64,000 nt of DNA from an uncultured delta proteobacterium (lineage in GTDB: Bacteria > Myxococcota > Myxococcia > Myxococcales > Anaeromyxobacteraceae), in NCBI GenBank assembly GCA_963814585.1, contig CAWFDF010000008.1, positions 288,001 to 352,000 on the forward strand, written 5' to 3'. Below are positions 47,051-58,492 of this stretch, piece by piece (position 1 is the stretch's first letter; every line of letters starts with the position of its first letter). The notes under the pieces are model-generated. The model made no database searches. It was given only the letters and a program-made list of their open reading frames with translations, and was not told the origin of the DNA. A program made the translations under genes and the position numbers.

Positions 47051-48592
47051 CTACTGCTTCGGCGCCGGCTCCGCGGCGGGCTCCTGATCGCCGACGGTCC
47101 GGCGCCCTCGGGCTTCTCCTCCGGGTCGACGACCATCCCCTGGTCGTTCTCGAGGGTCGCATCCCGGGGCCGCGGCCGACGGTGACTCCGATCCGCCAGC
47201 CGCCCCTCCCTCGCCCAGGGCGGGCGGCCGCTCGAAGTCGATGGCCAGCACGTCGCCCTCCACCTTCTGCTGGTAGGGGACCCGCTTCCTGAGCTTGATG
47301 TCGACGACGTAGGAGGTGCCCACCCGGCTCGGCGTGATCAGCGCCACGGCCGAGGGGAAGAAGGAGGTGTCGAGCGGTCGGGTGTCATTGCGCCGGCTGG
47401 CCCGGGTGTTCTCCACCTCCAGCCGCACCACGTCGTCGCCGACGTCGGTGATGGTGAAGCGGGGCGTCGACGCTGGTCTTCACGAAGACCCTCGAGACCG
47501 TCGGCAGCTGCTTGAAGCCGACCGCCTGCAGCTTGGCCGCCCGGGCGCGGGACTTCGTGGCGCCGGTCCGCGGCCGGGGCCGGGACGGGCGCCGGCGCCC
47601 TGCGACGGGGCTGGCCGCGGCGGGCTTGCTCGGGCCGCCAGCTGGGCGGCGAGGGCCGCCTCCACCTCCCGCCTGGCCCTGGCGTCGGCCTCTGCCTGGG
47701 TCCGGGCCGCGCGCTCGGCACCCGGTCGCCGCGGCGTCCGGCTTCGACTCCGCGGCGGCCACGGCGGCCGTCTCGGCGGCGGCCTTGGCCTTGATGCCTC
47801 GGCGCTGCGGGCCTCGGCGGCGGCCCGCGCCGCCTCCTCGGCCGCGGCTTGCTCGGCGGCGGCCCTCTCGGCCTCGCGGGCCCTGGCCTCGGTCTCGGCC
47901 CGGGCCTGCGCCTCGCGCTCCCTGGCGCTGGCCTCGGCCGCCAGGCGGGCCTGCTCACTGGCCTCGGCCTCGCGCTGCTGGCGCGCCAGGGCCTCCTGGC
48001 GCTCGGCGTCGGCGGCCTCGGAGCCGGCTGCGGCGCCGGCCACCGCCACGGCGACCCCCGCCGCTCCGGCGCCGGCCTCGGCGGTCGCCGAGGCCCCGGA
48101 TACGGCCCCGGTGGCTGCGGGCGCTGCGGCTGCGGGCGCAGAGGCCTCGGCCACGGCGGGTGCGGCGCCGGCGGGCGGGGCACCGGCCGCTGCGACGGCC
48201 GCCCCACCGGGCTTGCTCATCCGCACCAGCAAGGACGTGCCGTCGGTCTGGACGTCGGGCGGCTCGACGTCGACGCTGAAGGCCAGCATCACCCGCGCGA
48301 TGGCGGTGGCGCCCGAGCCGTAGCCCAGGTTCTTGATCACCTTGATCACGCCGTCCTCGACCCGCAGGTCCTCGGGGACGCCCTGGAACCTCGCCTCGGA
48401 GAGATCGATGACGAAGCGGGGCGGATCGGCCATCGAGAAGGTGGTGAAGTTGGGCGGCTTGCTCCCCTTCACGGTCACCAGCACGGTGCTGCCCTCCGAC
48501 CTCACCTCGACGCTGGTGATGACGTTGATATCTTGCGCCTCGGCGGCGCCGGCAAGGAGGAGGCAGAAGGCCAGGGAGAGGCTGGATCGCAT
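47051..48592 (-). CDS. Periplasmic protein with two AMIN-like domains and an Ala/Glu-rich linker (multiple frameshifts)
   Basis: Signal peptide; FSMADPPRFVIDL AMIN motif; second domain (VGFKQ..SRVFVKT..VVRLEVEN..LAIDFERP) split across frames at 47460-47800. Confidence 0.7.
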
Positions 48593-48692
48593 CGGAGGGC
48601 TCCGTCGGTCGATTCCTGGGGGAAGATAGCACGCACCCCCAGGCCCTCGAAGAATCCGGCGGCGCCGATATCGGAGCGCGCCAGCGCGGCTC

Positions 48693-49904
48693 TCATCGAG
48701 ACCGCAGCAGCGCCCTCGCCTCGCCCACCAGGTAGAGCGATCCGGCCACCGCCACCAGCGCCCCGTCGCGCGCCGCGGCTCGCGCACCGGCCAGGGCGTC
48801 GCCGAGCCCGTCGTACCGCTCCGCCGGCAGGCCCAGCGCCGCCGCTGCGGCGCTCAGGTCCTCCACGGCGCGGGCTCGTGGCGTCGCCGGCGCCACCAGG
48901 TGGAACCGGCGGGCTGACCCGGCCAGCGCCGCCAGCATGCCGCGGTGGTCCTTGTCGCCGAGGGCCCCGAAGACCAGCTCGACCCGGCCACCCGGGCTCC
49001 GCTCGGCCAGCGCCGCGGCCAGGGCCCGCGCGCCGTCCGGGTTGTGGGCTCCGTCGAGGAGCACCCCGTCCATCAGCTCCAGCCGGCCCGGCCAGCGGGC
49101 CGTGGCGATGCCACGGCCGATCTCTGCTTCACCCACGGTCACTCCGGTCCGGCCCAGGGCCCGCAGCGCGGCGGCAGCCAGCCCGGCGTTGCCGCGCTGG
49201 TGGCCGCCGGCCAGGGCCAGCGGCCCCTCCCAGGTGGCGGGGGCGACCTCGAACGGCGCCCCGGCCTCCTGTGCGGCCGCGCGGAGCACGCCGAGCACGC
49301 CGGGTGGCTGGACGGCGTGGACCACCGCCGGGATCCCGGCCTTGAAGATGGCCGCCTTCTCCCGGGCCACCAGCTCGACGGTGTCGCCGAGCCACTGCGT
49401 GTGATCCAGCCCGATGGCCGCCACCGCCGTCACCGCCGGCCTCACCACGTTGGTGGCGTCGAGCCGCCCCCCCAGCCCCACCTCCAGGACGGTCACCCCG
49501 ACCCCGGCGCGGGCGAAGTGGACCAGCCCGGCCAGCGTGGCGAACTCGAAGTAGCTGAGCCGGTCCTCCGGCTCGCCGCCGTCGTGCCACGGGCAGGCGG
49601 CGCGCACCTCGGCCACCGCGTCGGCCAGCGCGTCGTCGGCGATGGCCTCCCCGTCCACGGCGATCCGCTCGTTGAACCGCTCGAGGTGCGGCGAGGTGTA
49701 GAGCCCGGTCCGCAGGCCGGCCGCGCCGAGGGCCGCCGCCGCCATGGCGCAGGTGGATCCCTTCCCGTTGGTCCCGGCGACGTGGAGGATCGGGGCCACC
49801 CGCTCCGGGTGGCCGAGGGCGTCGAGCGCCCGCGCCATCCGCTGCAGGCCGAAGCGCATGGCCAGGGGCGAGAGCGCCTCGAGGTACCGGTGCGGATCGA
49901 TCAT
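48693..49904 (-). CDS. folC: Folylpolyglutamate synthase / dihydrofolate synthase
   Basis: HVAGTNGKGS, YTSPHL, EVGLGGRLDATNV, WPGR, DGAHN, GSLYLVG. Confidence 0.96.
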   Translation of the reverse strand: MIDPHRYLEALSPLAMRFGLQRMARALDALGHPERVAPILHVAGTNGKGSTCAMAAAALGAAGLRTGLYTSPHLERFNERIAVDGEAIADDALADAVAEVRAACPWHDGGEPEDRLSYFEFATLAGLVHFARAGVGVTVLEVGLGGRLDATNVVRPAVTAVAAIGLDHTQWLGDTVELVAREKAAIFKAGIPAVVHAVQPPGVLGVLRAAAQEAGAPFEVAPATWEGPLALAGGHQRGNAGLAAAALRALGRTGVTVGEAEIGRGIATARWPGRLELMDGVLLDGAHNPDGARALAAALAERSPGGRVELVFGALGDKDHRGMLAALAGSARRFHLVAPATPRARAVEDLSAAAAALGLPAERYDGLGDALAGARAAARDGALVAVAGSLYLVGEARALLRSR

Positions 49905-49927
49905 GCCGCGCCGCCGCAGGCGGCCGC

Positions 49928-50785
49928 TCAGCCGAGGAGCGCGAGGATCTGCGCCAGCCGATCGCGCATCTCCAGCCGCGGCACGATGGCGTCGATCATG
50001 CCGTGCTCGAGCAAGAACTCGGAGCGCTGGAACCCGGGCGGCAGCTTCTCGCGGATGGTCTGCTCGATGACCCGCGGTCCAGCGAAGCCGATCAGGGCCT
50101 TGGGCTCGGCGATGACCACGTCGCCCAGCCAGGCGAAGGAGGCGGCCACCCCTCCGGTGGTGGGGTGGAGCATCACCGAGACGTACGGCTTGCGGACCGA
50201 GCGGAAGCGGTTGAGCGCCGCCGAGGTCTTGGCCATCTGCATGAGGGAGAAGATCCCCTCCTGCATGCGGGCGCCGCCGGTGGAGCTGAAGACGATGCAG
50301 GGGATGCGCCGCTCGCAGGCGCGGTCGATGACGCGCGCCACCTTCTCGCCGACCACCGAGCCCATCGACCCGCCCATGAACTCGAAGGCGAAGGCGCCGA
50401 TCGAGACCGGGTGCCCGCCGATGGCGCCCACGCCCGAGACGAAGGCGTCGCGCAGGCCGGTGGCCTTGAGGGTGGACCTGAGCCGGTCCCTGTACTTCTT
50501 GGCGTCGGTGAAGCCGAGCGGGTCCTGCGGGGTCAGGTCGGCGTCGAGCTCCTGGAAGGTGCCGGGATCCAGCAGCAGGTCGAAGCGCCGCCGCACCGGC
50601 AGGACCTCGTGGTGACCGCAGAGCGGGCAGACGTTCCAGTTCTTCTCCAGGTCGGCCTTGTAGATGACCTCGCCACAGCCGTCGCACTTGTTCCAGATCC
50701 CCTCGCCCTTCTTGGCGGGGGCCGGCTGCGGCTCGGCCGCGCCACCCTTCGACTTGAGCTTCTTTTCCTTCGAGAACCAGGCCAT
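49928..50785 (-). CDS. accD: Acetyl-CoA carboxylase carboxyltransferase beta subunit
   Basis: CDGC..CPLC zinc finger, [32 protein letters not shown]. Confidence 0.97.
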   Translation of the reverse strand: MAWFSKEKKLKSKGGAAEPQPAPAKKGEGIWNKCDGCGEVIYKADLEKNWNVCPLCGHHEVLPVRRRFDLLLDPGTFQELDADLTPQDPLGFTDAKKYRDRLRSTLKATGLRDAFVSGVGAIGGHPVSIGAFAFEFMGGSMGSVVGEKVARVIDRACERRIPCIVFSSTGGARMQEGIFSLMQMAKTSAALNRFRSVRKPYVSVMLHPTTGGVAASFAWLGDVVIAEPKALIGFAGPRVIEQTIREKLPPGFQRSEFLLEHGMIDAIVPRLEMRDRLAQILALLG

Positions 50786-50964
50786 GGGTGCGGAGCTCCT
50801 CGGGACGGTCGAGCCCGTGCGGCAGGACGACCGGGCCGGGCCTGTTTACACCCATGAGCGGGGTTCGGGAAACTGGCTGGGCAGGCCAGCGGCTCGACCG
50901 GGCGCGTCAAGGTCGCCGTCCTGGGGATCACGGGGACGGCCCTGCCCGGATCTCGAGGCGGGAC

Positions 50965-51730
50965 TCAGAACCTGAAGGTGTCGCCGACTTCCAGGATCCG
51001 CACGTTGGGGAGGCCGAGGGCGGCCACCTCGCGGCGCAGCCTCGCCAGGTAGGCGGGCTTGAGGTGGTAGAGGAGGATCGGCAGGTCGCCCCGATCGAGC
51101 TTGGCCAGCTCCCTGGCCAGGCTGCGCGGCGTGAGGTGGCCGGAGAGGTCGGCCAAGCCGCTGCAGCTCGTTGGGGAAGGAGAGCTCGACCAGCAGGGCC
51201 TTGAGGCCCGGCGAGCCGTTGACCAGCTTCCAGAACGCGGTGGTCGGGCCGGTGTCGCCGGAGATGCCGAACGAGGTGCGGCCATCGCCGACCACGAACC
51301 CCACCGACTCGACCGGGTGACGGACCGGCACCGGCTGGAAGGTGAGGGCGCCGGCGCGGAAGGCGCGCCGGGTCGAGAACGACCGCAGGTCCATCACCGG
51401 CGCCCCCGGGGAGGGGATCCGGGTGAAGTCGGGCCAGAGCTTCCCGTTGAAGACGTTCTGGCGCAGCGTCCTGGCGCACTCGGTCGAGGCGTGGACGCGG
51501 ACCGGCCGGGTCCGCCGCCCCACCAGCAGGTCGGCCAGCAGCGGGACGTCCTTGATGTGGTCGAAGTGGCTGTGGGTGAGCACCACGTCGTCCACCTTCA
51601 GCAGCTTCGGGAGCGACAGCGACGACGTCAACGCCCCGGCGTCGATGGCCAGCCGCCCGTCCACCAGGAAGCAGGTGGTCCGGTGGTGCGGGAGCTCTCC
51701 GCCCGAGCAGCCGAGGACGCGGAATCTCAT
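50965..51730 (-). CDS. Metallo-beta-lactamase-fold (class II-type) 3',5'-cyclic nucleotide phosphodiesterase (frameshift near 51155)
   Basis: VLGCSGG, IDAG, THSHFDH, FNGKLWPDF, SGDTGPT, ELSFPN; LADLSGHLTP and LYHLKP in a second frame. Confidence 0.85.
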
Positions 51731-52374
51731 CCGAGGTCTCCGAACTGTGCCTTCATCTGGAGGAACTCCAGGAAGTGGCGGAGCTTGTCGGTGTCGGGCA
51801 CCACGAACCCGTCGGGGTGGACCGAGACGATCTTGGCCTTGAGCAGCTTCATCAGGGCCTCGTCGGCCTGGTCGGGCTTGACGCCCACGCGCGCCGCCAG
51901 GTCGCGCGGCGCCATGTCGATCTTCATCCCGGCGGCGGTCCGCGTGCCCCGCTCGGCCGTCACCGAGAGCCAGTGGGCCACGCGAGAGGCCGCGTCGGTG
52001 AGCAGCAGGTTCTCGATCTGCTCGTTGGCCTCGGCCAGGCGATCGGCCAGCTTCTTGATGAGCCGGACCGCGATCTCGGAGTTGGACCGGATCATGGTCT
52101 CGAAGGTCTTGGCGTCGATCACCAGCAGCCGGCAATCCTCGGCGCAGACCGCGGTGGCGCTCCGCGGCTTGTTGTTGAGGATGGCCATCTCGCCCAGGAA
52201 CTCACCGCTGCCGAGCCGGGAGAGGATCTTCTCCACCTCGCCGACCTGCTTGGTGATGGTGACGCTGCCGGAGTTGATGACGAACATCTCCCGCCCCTCG
52301 TCGCCCTCCCGGAAGAGGACGGTGCCGCGGGGAAACTCCCGGCCGAAGCGCTGGAAGAGGGGATCGTCGGACAT
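51727..52374 (-). CDS. Crp/Fnr-family cNMP-binding regulator
   Basis: LFREGD, FLGEMAIL..PRSATA phosphate-binding cassette, C-terminal wHTH-like region. Confidence 0.9.
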   Translation of the reverse strand: MSDDPLFQRFGREFPRGTVLFREGDEGREMFVINSGSVTITKQVGEVEKILSRLGSGEFLGEMAILNNKPRSATAVCAEDCRLLVIDAKTFETMIRSNSEIAVRLIKKLADRLAEANEQIENLLLTDAASRVAHWLSVTAERGTRTAAGMKIDMAPRDLAARVGVKPDQADEALMKLLKAKIVSVHPDGFVVPDTDKLRHFLEFLQMKAQFGDLG

Positions 52375-52398
52375 GAGGGATCGGGTATCCTCGGTGGT

Positions 52399-52428
52399 CA
52401 CTTAGCCGACGTCGCTCGGGGCTGTCAA
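52399..52428 (-). promoter_or_regulatory. Putative sigma70 promoter for crp-pde
   Basis: TTGACA-N18-TAAGTG. Confidence 0.45.
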
Positions 52429-52469
52429 AGAAACCACCAGGCTCCACGCACCCTTGGGCGCTTCGGCCC

Positions 52470-54820
52470 TCACTTGCTCTCCATGGTGTAGGCGCCATCC
52501 CAGTCCGGGCCGGGAGGCTCCCGCTTCATCCGCTCGCAGCGCGCCACGTAGACGCGCGAGCACTCGTCCCCCCCGCGGAGCCGATCGGCCTCGCGAAAGC
52601 GAGCGATGGCCTCGTCCCAGCGCTGCGCCTGCCAGGCCCCGTAGCCCCAGCCGAACGCCTCGAGGAAGGCAGCGTCGGCGGCCGTGCCCGGCGCCATCGA
52701 CACCAGCTCGTAGATCCGGACCGGCTCCTGCTTGCCCTTCACTCGCACCAGGTCGAGCGGCCGGACCACCACCTGATCCCGCACCTGGTCATAGGTGTTC
52801 TGGCCGATGATGACGTGGGTCCCGTACTGCCGGTTGGCCCCCTCCAGCCGCGAGGCCAGGTTCACGGCGTCGCCGAGGATGGTGTAGTTGTAGAAGCGGT
52901 CCTGGCTGCCGACGAAGCCGACCGACATGGGGCCGGTGTTGAGGCCGATGCCGATGTCGACGTCGGGCATCCCGCCGGCGGCCCAGCCCTTCCGGAGCTG
53001 CTCCAGCTCGGTCAGCATGTCCAGGGCCGCCTGGCAGGCTCGCAGCGCGTGGTCAGGCTGCGCCTTGGGTGCCCCCCAGAAGGCCATGATGGCGTCGCCG
53101 ATGTACTTGTCGAGCGTCCCCTGGTGGCGGGAGACGATGATGTCCGTCATCGGCGTCAGGTACTGGTTGAGCAGGTCGAGCAGCACGTGCGGATCGAGCC
53201 GCTCCGAGATGGTGGTGAAGCCGCGGATGTCGGCGAAGAGCGCGGTCAGCTCGCGCTTCTCCCCGCCCAGCTGCAGCGACCCCTCCCGCCCCAGCACCTC
53301 GTCGACGATGGCCGGGGCGAGGAAGCGGGAGAACGACTCGCGCGCCTTCCGCTTGGCCCGCTCCTCCGAGAAGACCCGGTAGGTGGTGGCGGTGAGGAAC
53401 ATGCCCAGCACCTGCAGCAGCGGCACCCCCGTGGCCAGCACCATGTTGAACTGGCGGAGCGCGTACACCGACACCGCGGCCCAGAGCGCGGCGACCAGCA
53501 GCATGGCCGGCGCCGCCGCCACCGGCCCGACCCGGGAGAAGAGCCAGGCCAGGGCCACCGACGCCAGCGCCATGACCAGCACCTCGCCCATCACCACCCA
53601 CTGGGATCGCTCCAGCAGCTGCCCGTGGAGCACGTTCTCCACGAAGGTGGCGTGGGTGATGGCTCCCGGGGCGTTCTCGTCGAACGAGGTGACGCGCTGG
53701 TCCCCGGTGCCCGGTGCGGTGGCCCCGACGATCACCAGCTTCCCCTTCAGCCGCCCGGGGGGAAGGCGCCCCGCCATCACGTCGGCGGCGGAGACGGTGG
53801 GGAAGTCGCGGGCCGGGCCGTAGTAGGAGAGCGGTGCCCGCCCGAAGTCGTCGGTGGCGATCTCCAGGTCGCCCACGCGGACGCCGACCAGCACGCTGGA
53901 GCCGGCCACGCCCACCGGCACCACCGGCGCCGGGATGCCGCCCCGTCCCTGGTGCCGGGCCAGCATCGCCAGCCCCAGCGACGGGAAGGTGACGCCGGCG
54001 GCGCTGGCCACCAGCGGGTAGCGTCGGATCACGCCGTCGGCGTCGGGGAGCACGGTGAAGGAGCCGCCGCTGTCGGCCACCTGGAGCAGCTCCGGCTCGG
54101 GCGTCACCACGCCCGGGAAGGCGTGGCCCGCGGCTCGCTCGCCGCCGGCCGGGATCGGGCTCGATGCCGTCCCCCCGGGCCGAGGACGTGCACGGGGCTG
54201 GTCCGGAAGAAGGCGAGCCGCTCCACCGCCTGGCGGGCCTCCTCGGGGCTGGGCGGATCGGTCCTGAACATGAACCCGATGGTGACGGCGTGGACTCGCT
54301 CGATGGCGTCGGCCAGCAGCCCGGTGGGCTCGGCGTCGGGCCGCCCCGCGGGATCGTCGCCCTGGGCGGCGCGCCAGATCCGCTCGAGCCGGACGGCCTC
54401 CTCGCCGGACGCCTGGCCGCGGGCCGCCTTCACCTGCCTGGCCACCGCCGCCAGCCGCGTCCCCACCACGTCGGCGTCGCTCCAGATCATGTCGAAGCCG
54501 ATGACCGTGGCCCCCGCCTCGGCCAGCGCATCCACCAGCCTCGCCAGCCGCGAGCGGCTCCACGGCCAGAGCCCCTCGGCGCCGATCGACCGCTCGTCGA
54601 TGGCCACGATCACCACGTCGCCCGACGGGGTCCGGGGGCCGCGCAGCGAGACCATGGCGTAGTCCTGCGCCGCGTACTCGATGCGGGAGACCACCGGGAG
54701 CGCGGACCCCTTGCGGGCCCAGAGGACGTCGAGCACGTGGACGCCGGTCAGCGCCAGCCCGACGTAGAGCGCCAGCCGGAAGGCGTCGATGCGGAACAGG
54801 GCTCGGCGGCGTGCGACCAT
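52470..54820 (-). CDS. CHASE2-domain class III adenylate/guanylate cyclase (frameshift at the C7 run 54171-54177)
   Basis: CHASE2: [27 protein letters not shown]; 3 TM segments; cyclase: [32 protein letters not shown]. Confidence 0.9.
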
Positions 54821-54935
54821 CGGGTCAGGTCATGCTACCAGAGGGGCGCGCCGCGCCAACGAAGCGGCCGCCCGGGGAGGACGTCCCGCGGCGAGCGCCT
54901 TGCGGCCCCGCCCCTGCCCGCGGTACAGGGGGCGA

Positions 54936-55970
54936 ATGTCACTCACCTACCGCGACGCCGGCGTCGACATCGACGAGGGGGATCGGCTCGTCGAGCTCAT
55001 CAAGCCTTACGCCCGGCCCACCATGCGGCCGGAGGTGCTGGCGGGGATCGGCGGCTTCGGCGGCCTCTTCGCCCTCGACGTGGCGAAGTACCGGCAGCCG
55101 GTGCTGGTCTCCGGCACCGACGGCGTCGGCACCAAGCTCAAGGTGGCCTTCGCCGCCAACCGGCACGCCACGGTCGGCGTCGACCTGGTCGCGATGTGCG
55201 TCAACGACATCGCCGTGGTCGGCGCCGAGCCGCTCTTCTTCCTCGACTACTACGCGACCGGCAAGCTGTCCGCCGAGCAGGGCGCCGAGGTGGTGAAGGG
55301 GATCGCCGCCGGCTGCCTCCTGGCCGGCTGCGCCCTCATCGGCGGCGAGACCGCCGAGCTGCCGGGCTTCTACGAGCGCGGCGAGTACGACCTGGCCGGC
55401 TTCGCCGTCGGCTGCGTCGACCGTCCCCGCATCATCGACGGCGCGCGGGTCGTGCCCGGCGACGTGGTGATCGGCGTCGCCTCCACCGGGCTCCACTCCA
55501 ACGGCTACTCGCTGGCCCGCAAGGTGCTGCTGGAGAAGCACCCGCTCGACTGGCAGGTCGACGCCTGCGGCGGCCAGTCCCTGGCCGACCTGCTGCTCGA
55601 GCCGACCCGCATCTACAGCAAGGACGTCCTCGCCCTGCTGGAGCGCGTGGCGGTGAAGGCGCTCGGCCACATCACCGGCGGCGGGCTGCCCGGCAACGTG
55701 CCGCGCAGCCTCCCCGACGGGACCCGCGCCGTGCTGGAGGAGAAGCGCTGGGAGCGGCCGCCGATCTTCGATCTCATCGAGCGGGAGGGCAGCGTCCCGC
55801 GAGACGAGATGTACCGGACCTTCAACATGGGGCTCGGCCTCACCGTCGTGGTCGCGCCCGGTGACGAGGCGGCGGTCCACGAGGTGCTGCGAGGCCGTCA
55901 CCTGCGGAGCTGGACGGTGGGCGCCATCGAGAAGGGCTCGGGCGAGGCCACCTGCGAGGTGGTCCGTTGA
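54936..55970 (+). CDS. purM: Phosphoribosylformylglycinamidine cyclo-ligase
   Basis: [47 protein letters not shown]. Confidence 0.98.
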   Translation: MSLTYRDAGVDIDEGDRLVELIKPYARPTMRPEVLAGIGGFGGLFALDVAKYRQPVLVSGTDGVGTKLKVAFAANRHATVGVDLVAMCVNDIAVVGAEPLFFLDYYATGKLSAEQGAEVVKGIAAGCLLAGCALIGGETAELPGFYERGEYDLAGFAVGCVDRPRIIDGARVVPGDVVIGVASTGLHSNGYSLARKVLLEKHPLDWQVDACGGQSLADLLLEPTRIYSKDVLALLERVAVKALGHITGGGLPGNVPRSLPDGTRAVLEEKRWERPPIFDLIEREGSVPRDEMYRTFNMGLGLTVVVAPGDEAAVHEVLRGRHLRSWTVGAIEKGSGEATCEVVR

Positions 55971-56644
55971 TGCGGCTGGGCGTCCTGGCCTCGGGTGGTG
56001 GGTCCAACCTCCAGGCCCTGCTGGACGCCTGCGCGTCGCGCCGGATCGAGGCCGAGGTGTCGCTGGTCCTCTCCAACGTCCCCGGAGCCGGAGCGCTCGA
56101 CCGGGCGGCGCGCGCCGGCGTGAGCAGCGCCTGCCTGCCATCGAAGGGCGTGACCGACCGGACCGCCTACGACGCGTCGGTGGTGGCCCGGCTGCGGGAG
56201 GCCTCGGTCGACCTGGTCTGCCTGGCCGGCTACATGCGGCTGGTCACCCCCACCTTCCTCCGGGCCTTCGGCCCGTCGGCCACCTCGCGCGGCTGCCCTC
56301 GGGTGGTGAACATCCACCCGGCGCTGCTCCCGTCCTTCCCGGGGCTGCACGGCCCACGGCAGGCCCTGGAGGCCGGCGTCAAGGTGGCCGGCTGCACGGT
56401 CCACTTCGTCGACGAGGGGACCGACACCGGCCCGGTCATCGCCCAGGCCGCCGTCCCGGTCCTGGACGCCGACACCGAGGACTCCCTGGCCGCACGCATC
56501 CTCGAGCAGGAGCACCGGATCTATCCGCAGGCCATCCAGTGGATCGCCGAGGGGCGGCTCTCGCTGGAGGGGCGCCGGGTCCGGCTCGACCGCGCCACCC
56601 CACCGCCCGAGAGGCTCCGCTCTCCCTCCGTCGAGCTGGCCTGA
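55970..56644 (+). CDS. purN: Phosphoribosylglycinamide formyltransferase
   Basis: LASGGGSNLQAL, LAGYMR, NIHPALLPSFPG, GCTVHFV, DTGP. Confidence 0.97.
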   Translation: MRLGVLASGGGSNLQALLDACASRRIEAEVSLVLSNVPGAGALDRAARAGVSSACLPSKGVTDRTAYDASVVARLREASVDLVCLAGYMRLVTPTFLRAFGPSATSRGCPRVVNIHPALLPSFPGLHGPRQALEAGVKVAGCTVHFVDEGTDTGPVIAQAAVPVLDADTEDSLAARILEQEHRIYPQAIQWIAEGRLSLEGRRVRLDRATPPPERLRSPSVELA

Positions 56645-56652
56645 GACTCCCC

Positions 56653-58143
56653 GTGGCCACCTCCTTCAAGCCGCCCGCCACCCAGCGCGTCTACGACGCC
56701 TGCGTCATCGGAGGCGGCGTGGGCGGCGCCGCCGCGGGCGCCCTGCTGTCCCGGCGCGGCTTCCGGGTGCTGCTGATCGACGTGGGAGGCGCCGGCCTGG
56801 CGGTGGCCGACGGCGGCTGGATCCTCCCGGCCGGCCCCGCGCTGCGCCCGCCATCGCGCGCCCTCCCCGCCGCCGAGGCGCTGCTGACGGACCTGGGGCT
56901 CTCGACCGACGCCGCCCGCGCGCTCGAGCCGCTGGCCCCGCCGCTGCAGGTGCTGCTGCCCCGCCACCGGCTGGAGCTGGCCAGCGAAGCCGCGCCGCTG
57001 GCGCGGGAGCTGGGACGGGAGTGGCCGGACGACGCGGCTCGCATCGCCGCCGTCCTCGCCCGGCTGGCCACCGCCGCCGACCTGGGTGGCGCGCTCCTCA
57101 AGGCGGCGCCGCCCATGCCCCCGGCTGGCCTGCTGGACCGGTGGACGCTCGGGCGGGCCCTCCGCCGCGCCGCCCTGGAGACCGGGCTCGACCCGGCGCT
57201 GTTGACGGACCCCGCTCCGCTGTCCGGCCTGGCAGGCACGCCGCTGGCGCCGGCGCTCTCCGCCCTGGCCAGCTTCCTCGGCCGCCTCGACGGGCCGCCC
57301 TCCGCGCTCGCCCTCGCCAGGCTGGCCGGGGTCGCGCTCCGGGGGCTCCACCGGCCCGTCGCCGGGTCGGCCGCCATCGAGGACGGGCTGCGGCGGAAGA
57401 TCAGCGAGACGCGCGGAGAGGTGCTGGGCTCCCCGGCCGACCCGGCGCGCCTCGAGTCGATCGGCATCGAGCGCGGCCGGCTCTCCACGGTCCGCGTCGC
57501 CGGCGCCTCGGACACCCGGCTGGCGCGGGCCTTCGTCATCGCCGTCCCCCTGGCGCGGATCGTGGCGCTGCTCCCGGCCGAAGCGCGCGGTGGTCGAGCG
57601 GCGCGGTCGCTCGCCGCGATGCGGCCCGGCTCCCGCCTGGCCGCCACCCACCTCCTGCTCCGGGCTGCCGCTCGCCCGCCTGGGCTGGCCGACGCCGCCC
57701 TGCTCCTCGACGCCGAGCGCGCGCCGCCGGAGGACGTGGTCCTCCTCGAGCTCTCTCCCGCCCGCCGCGAGCCGGGCCGAGGATCCCCGCCCGAGGTGAT
57801 GCCTGGTCACCTCACCGCGTCGGCCTACCTCCTCTTGCCGCCCGGCGCCGACGAGGCGGCCGGCCGCGCGCGCCTTCAGCGCGCCCTGGACGCCGCGCTC
57901 CCCTTCCACGAGCGCCACCTGGTCCACCGCGCCGACCCGTCTCCGGCCGTCCACGGGCTCGGGTTCACCACGGCCACGCCGCTCGGCGCCGGGGGACTGC
58001 CGGTCCGGTCCCCATGGAAGAACGCCTTCCTGGCCAGCGGGGAGGTCCTGCCGGGGCTCGGCCTGGAAGGGGAGTACTTCGCAGGACTGCAGGCGGCGGC
58101 CCACGCCGCGGCCCTCCTTGGCGTCAAGGGCAGGCCCCGCTAG
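56653..58143 (+). CDS. FAD-dependent oxidoreductase (phytoene-dehydrogenase-like fold)
   Basis: [12 protein letters not shown]ossmann motif; C-terminal [20 protein letters not shown]. Confidence 0.72.
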   Translation: MATSFKPPATQRVYDACVIGGGVGGAAAGALLSRRGFRVLLIDVGGAGLAVADGGWILPAGPALRPPSRALPAAEALLTDLGLSTDAARALEPLAPPLQVLLPRHRLELASEAAPLARELGREWPDDAARIAAVLARLATAADLGGALLKAAPPMPPAGLLDRWTLGRALRRAALETGLDPALLTDPAPLSGLAGTPLAPALSALASFLGRLDGPPSALALARLAGVALRGLHRPVAGSAAIEDGLRRKISETRGEVLGSPADPARLESIGIERGRLSTVRVAGASDTRLARAFVIAVPLARIVALLPAEARGGRAARSLAAMRPGSRLAATHLLLRAAARPPGLADAALLLDAERAPPEDVVLLELSPARREPGRGSPPEVMPGHLTASAYLLLPPGADEAAGRARLQRALDAALPFHERHLVHRADPSPAVHGLGFTTATPLGAGGLPVRSPWKNAFLASGEVLPGLGLEGEYFAGLQAAAHAAALLGVKGRPR

Positions 58144-58186
58144 CGGACCGGCGACCTGGCCGGCGCCCGCTTTCTCGGCCTCCCCC

Positions 58187-58214
58187 TTGCTTTCTCGGCG
58201 CGGATCCGTAATAT
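58187..58214 (+). promoter_or_regulatory. Putative sigma70 promoter of rpmB
   Basis: TTGCTT-N16-TAATAT. Confidence 0.5.
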
Positions 58215-58246
58215 GCCGCGCTCTTTCGGTTTTCGGAGAATCAGAC

Positions 58247-58465
58247 ATGGCACGCCGCTGCGCAGTGTGTGGGAAGGGGCCGCTCGTCGGCAACACCGTC
58301 TCCCACGCCAACAACAAGTCCAAGACCCGGTCGCTCCCCAACCTCCGCTCCGTCCGCGTCAACGACGCCGGCGAGGTGAAGCACGTGCGGGTCTGCACCC
58401 GCTGCCTGAAGGCCAACAAGGTCCAGAAGGCCGGCCGGCGCACCTTCGTCGCCGCCTCGGCGTAG
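58247..58465 (+). CDS. rpmB: 50S ribosomal protein L28 (Zn-binding type)
   Basis: [38 protein letters not shown]. Confidence 0.97.
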   Translation: MARRCAVCGKGPLVGNTVSHANNKSKTRSLPNLRSVRVNDAGEVKHVRVCTRCLKANKVQKAGRRTFVAASA

Positions 58466-58492
58466 CGCCGGGCGCCCGAGGCGCCCTTCCCC

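Noticed and set aside
54821..54935. Purine or ZTP riboswitch upstream of purM
   Set aside because: No recognisable aptamer consensus; the gap is a short divergent promoter region
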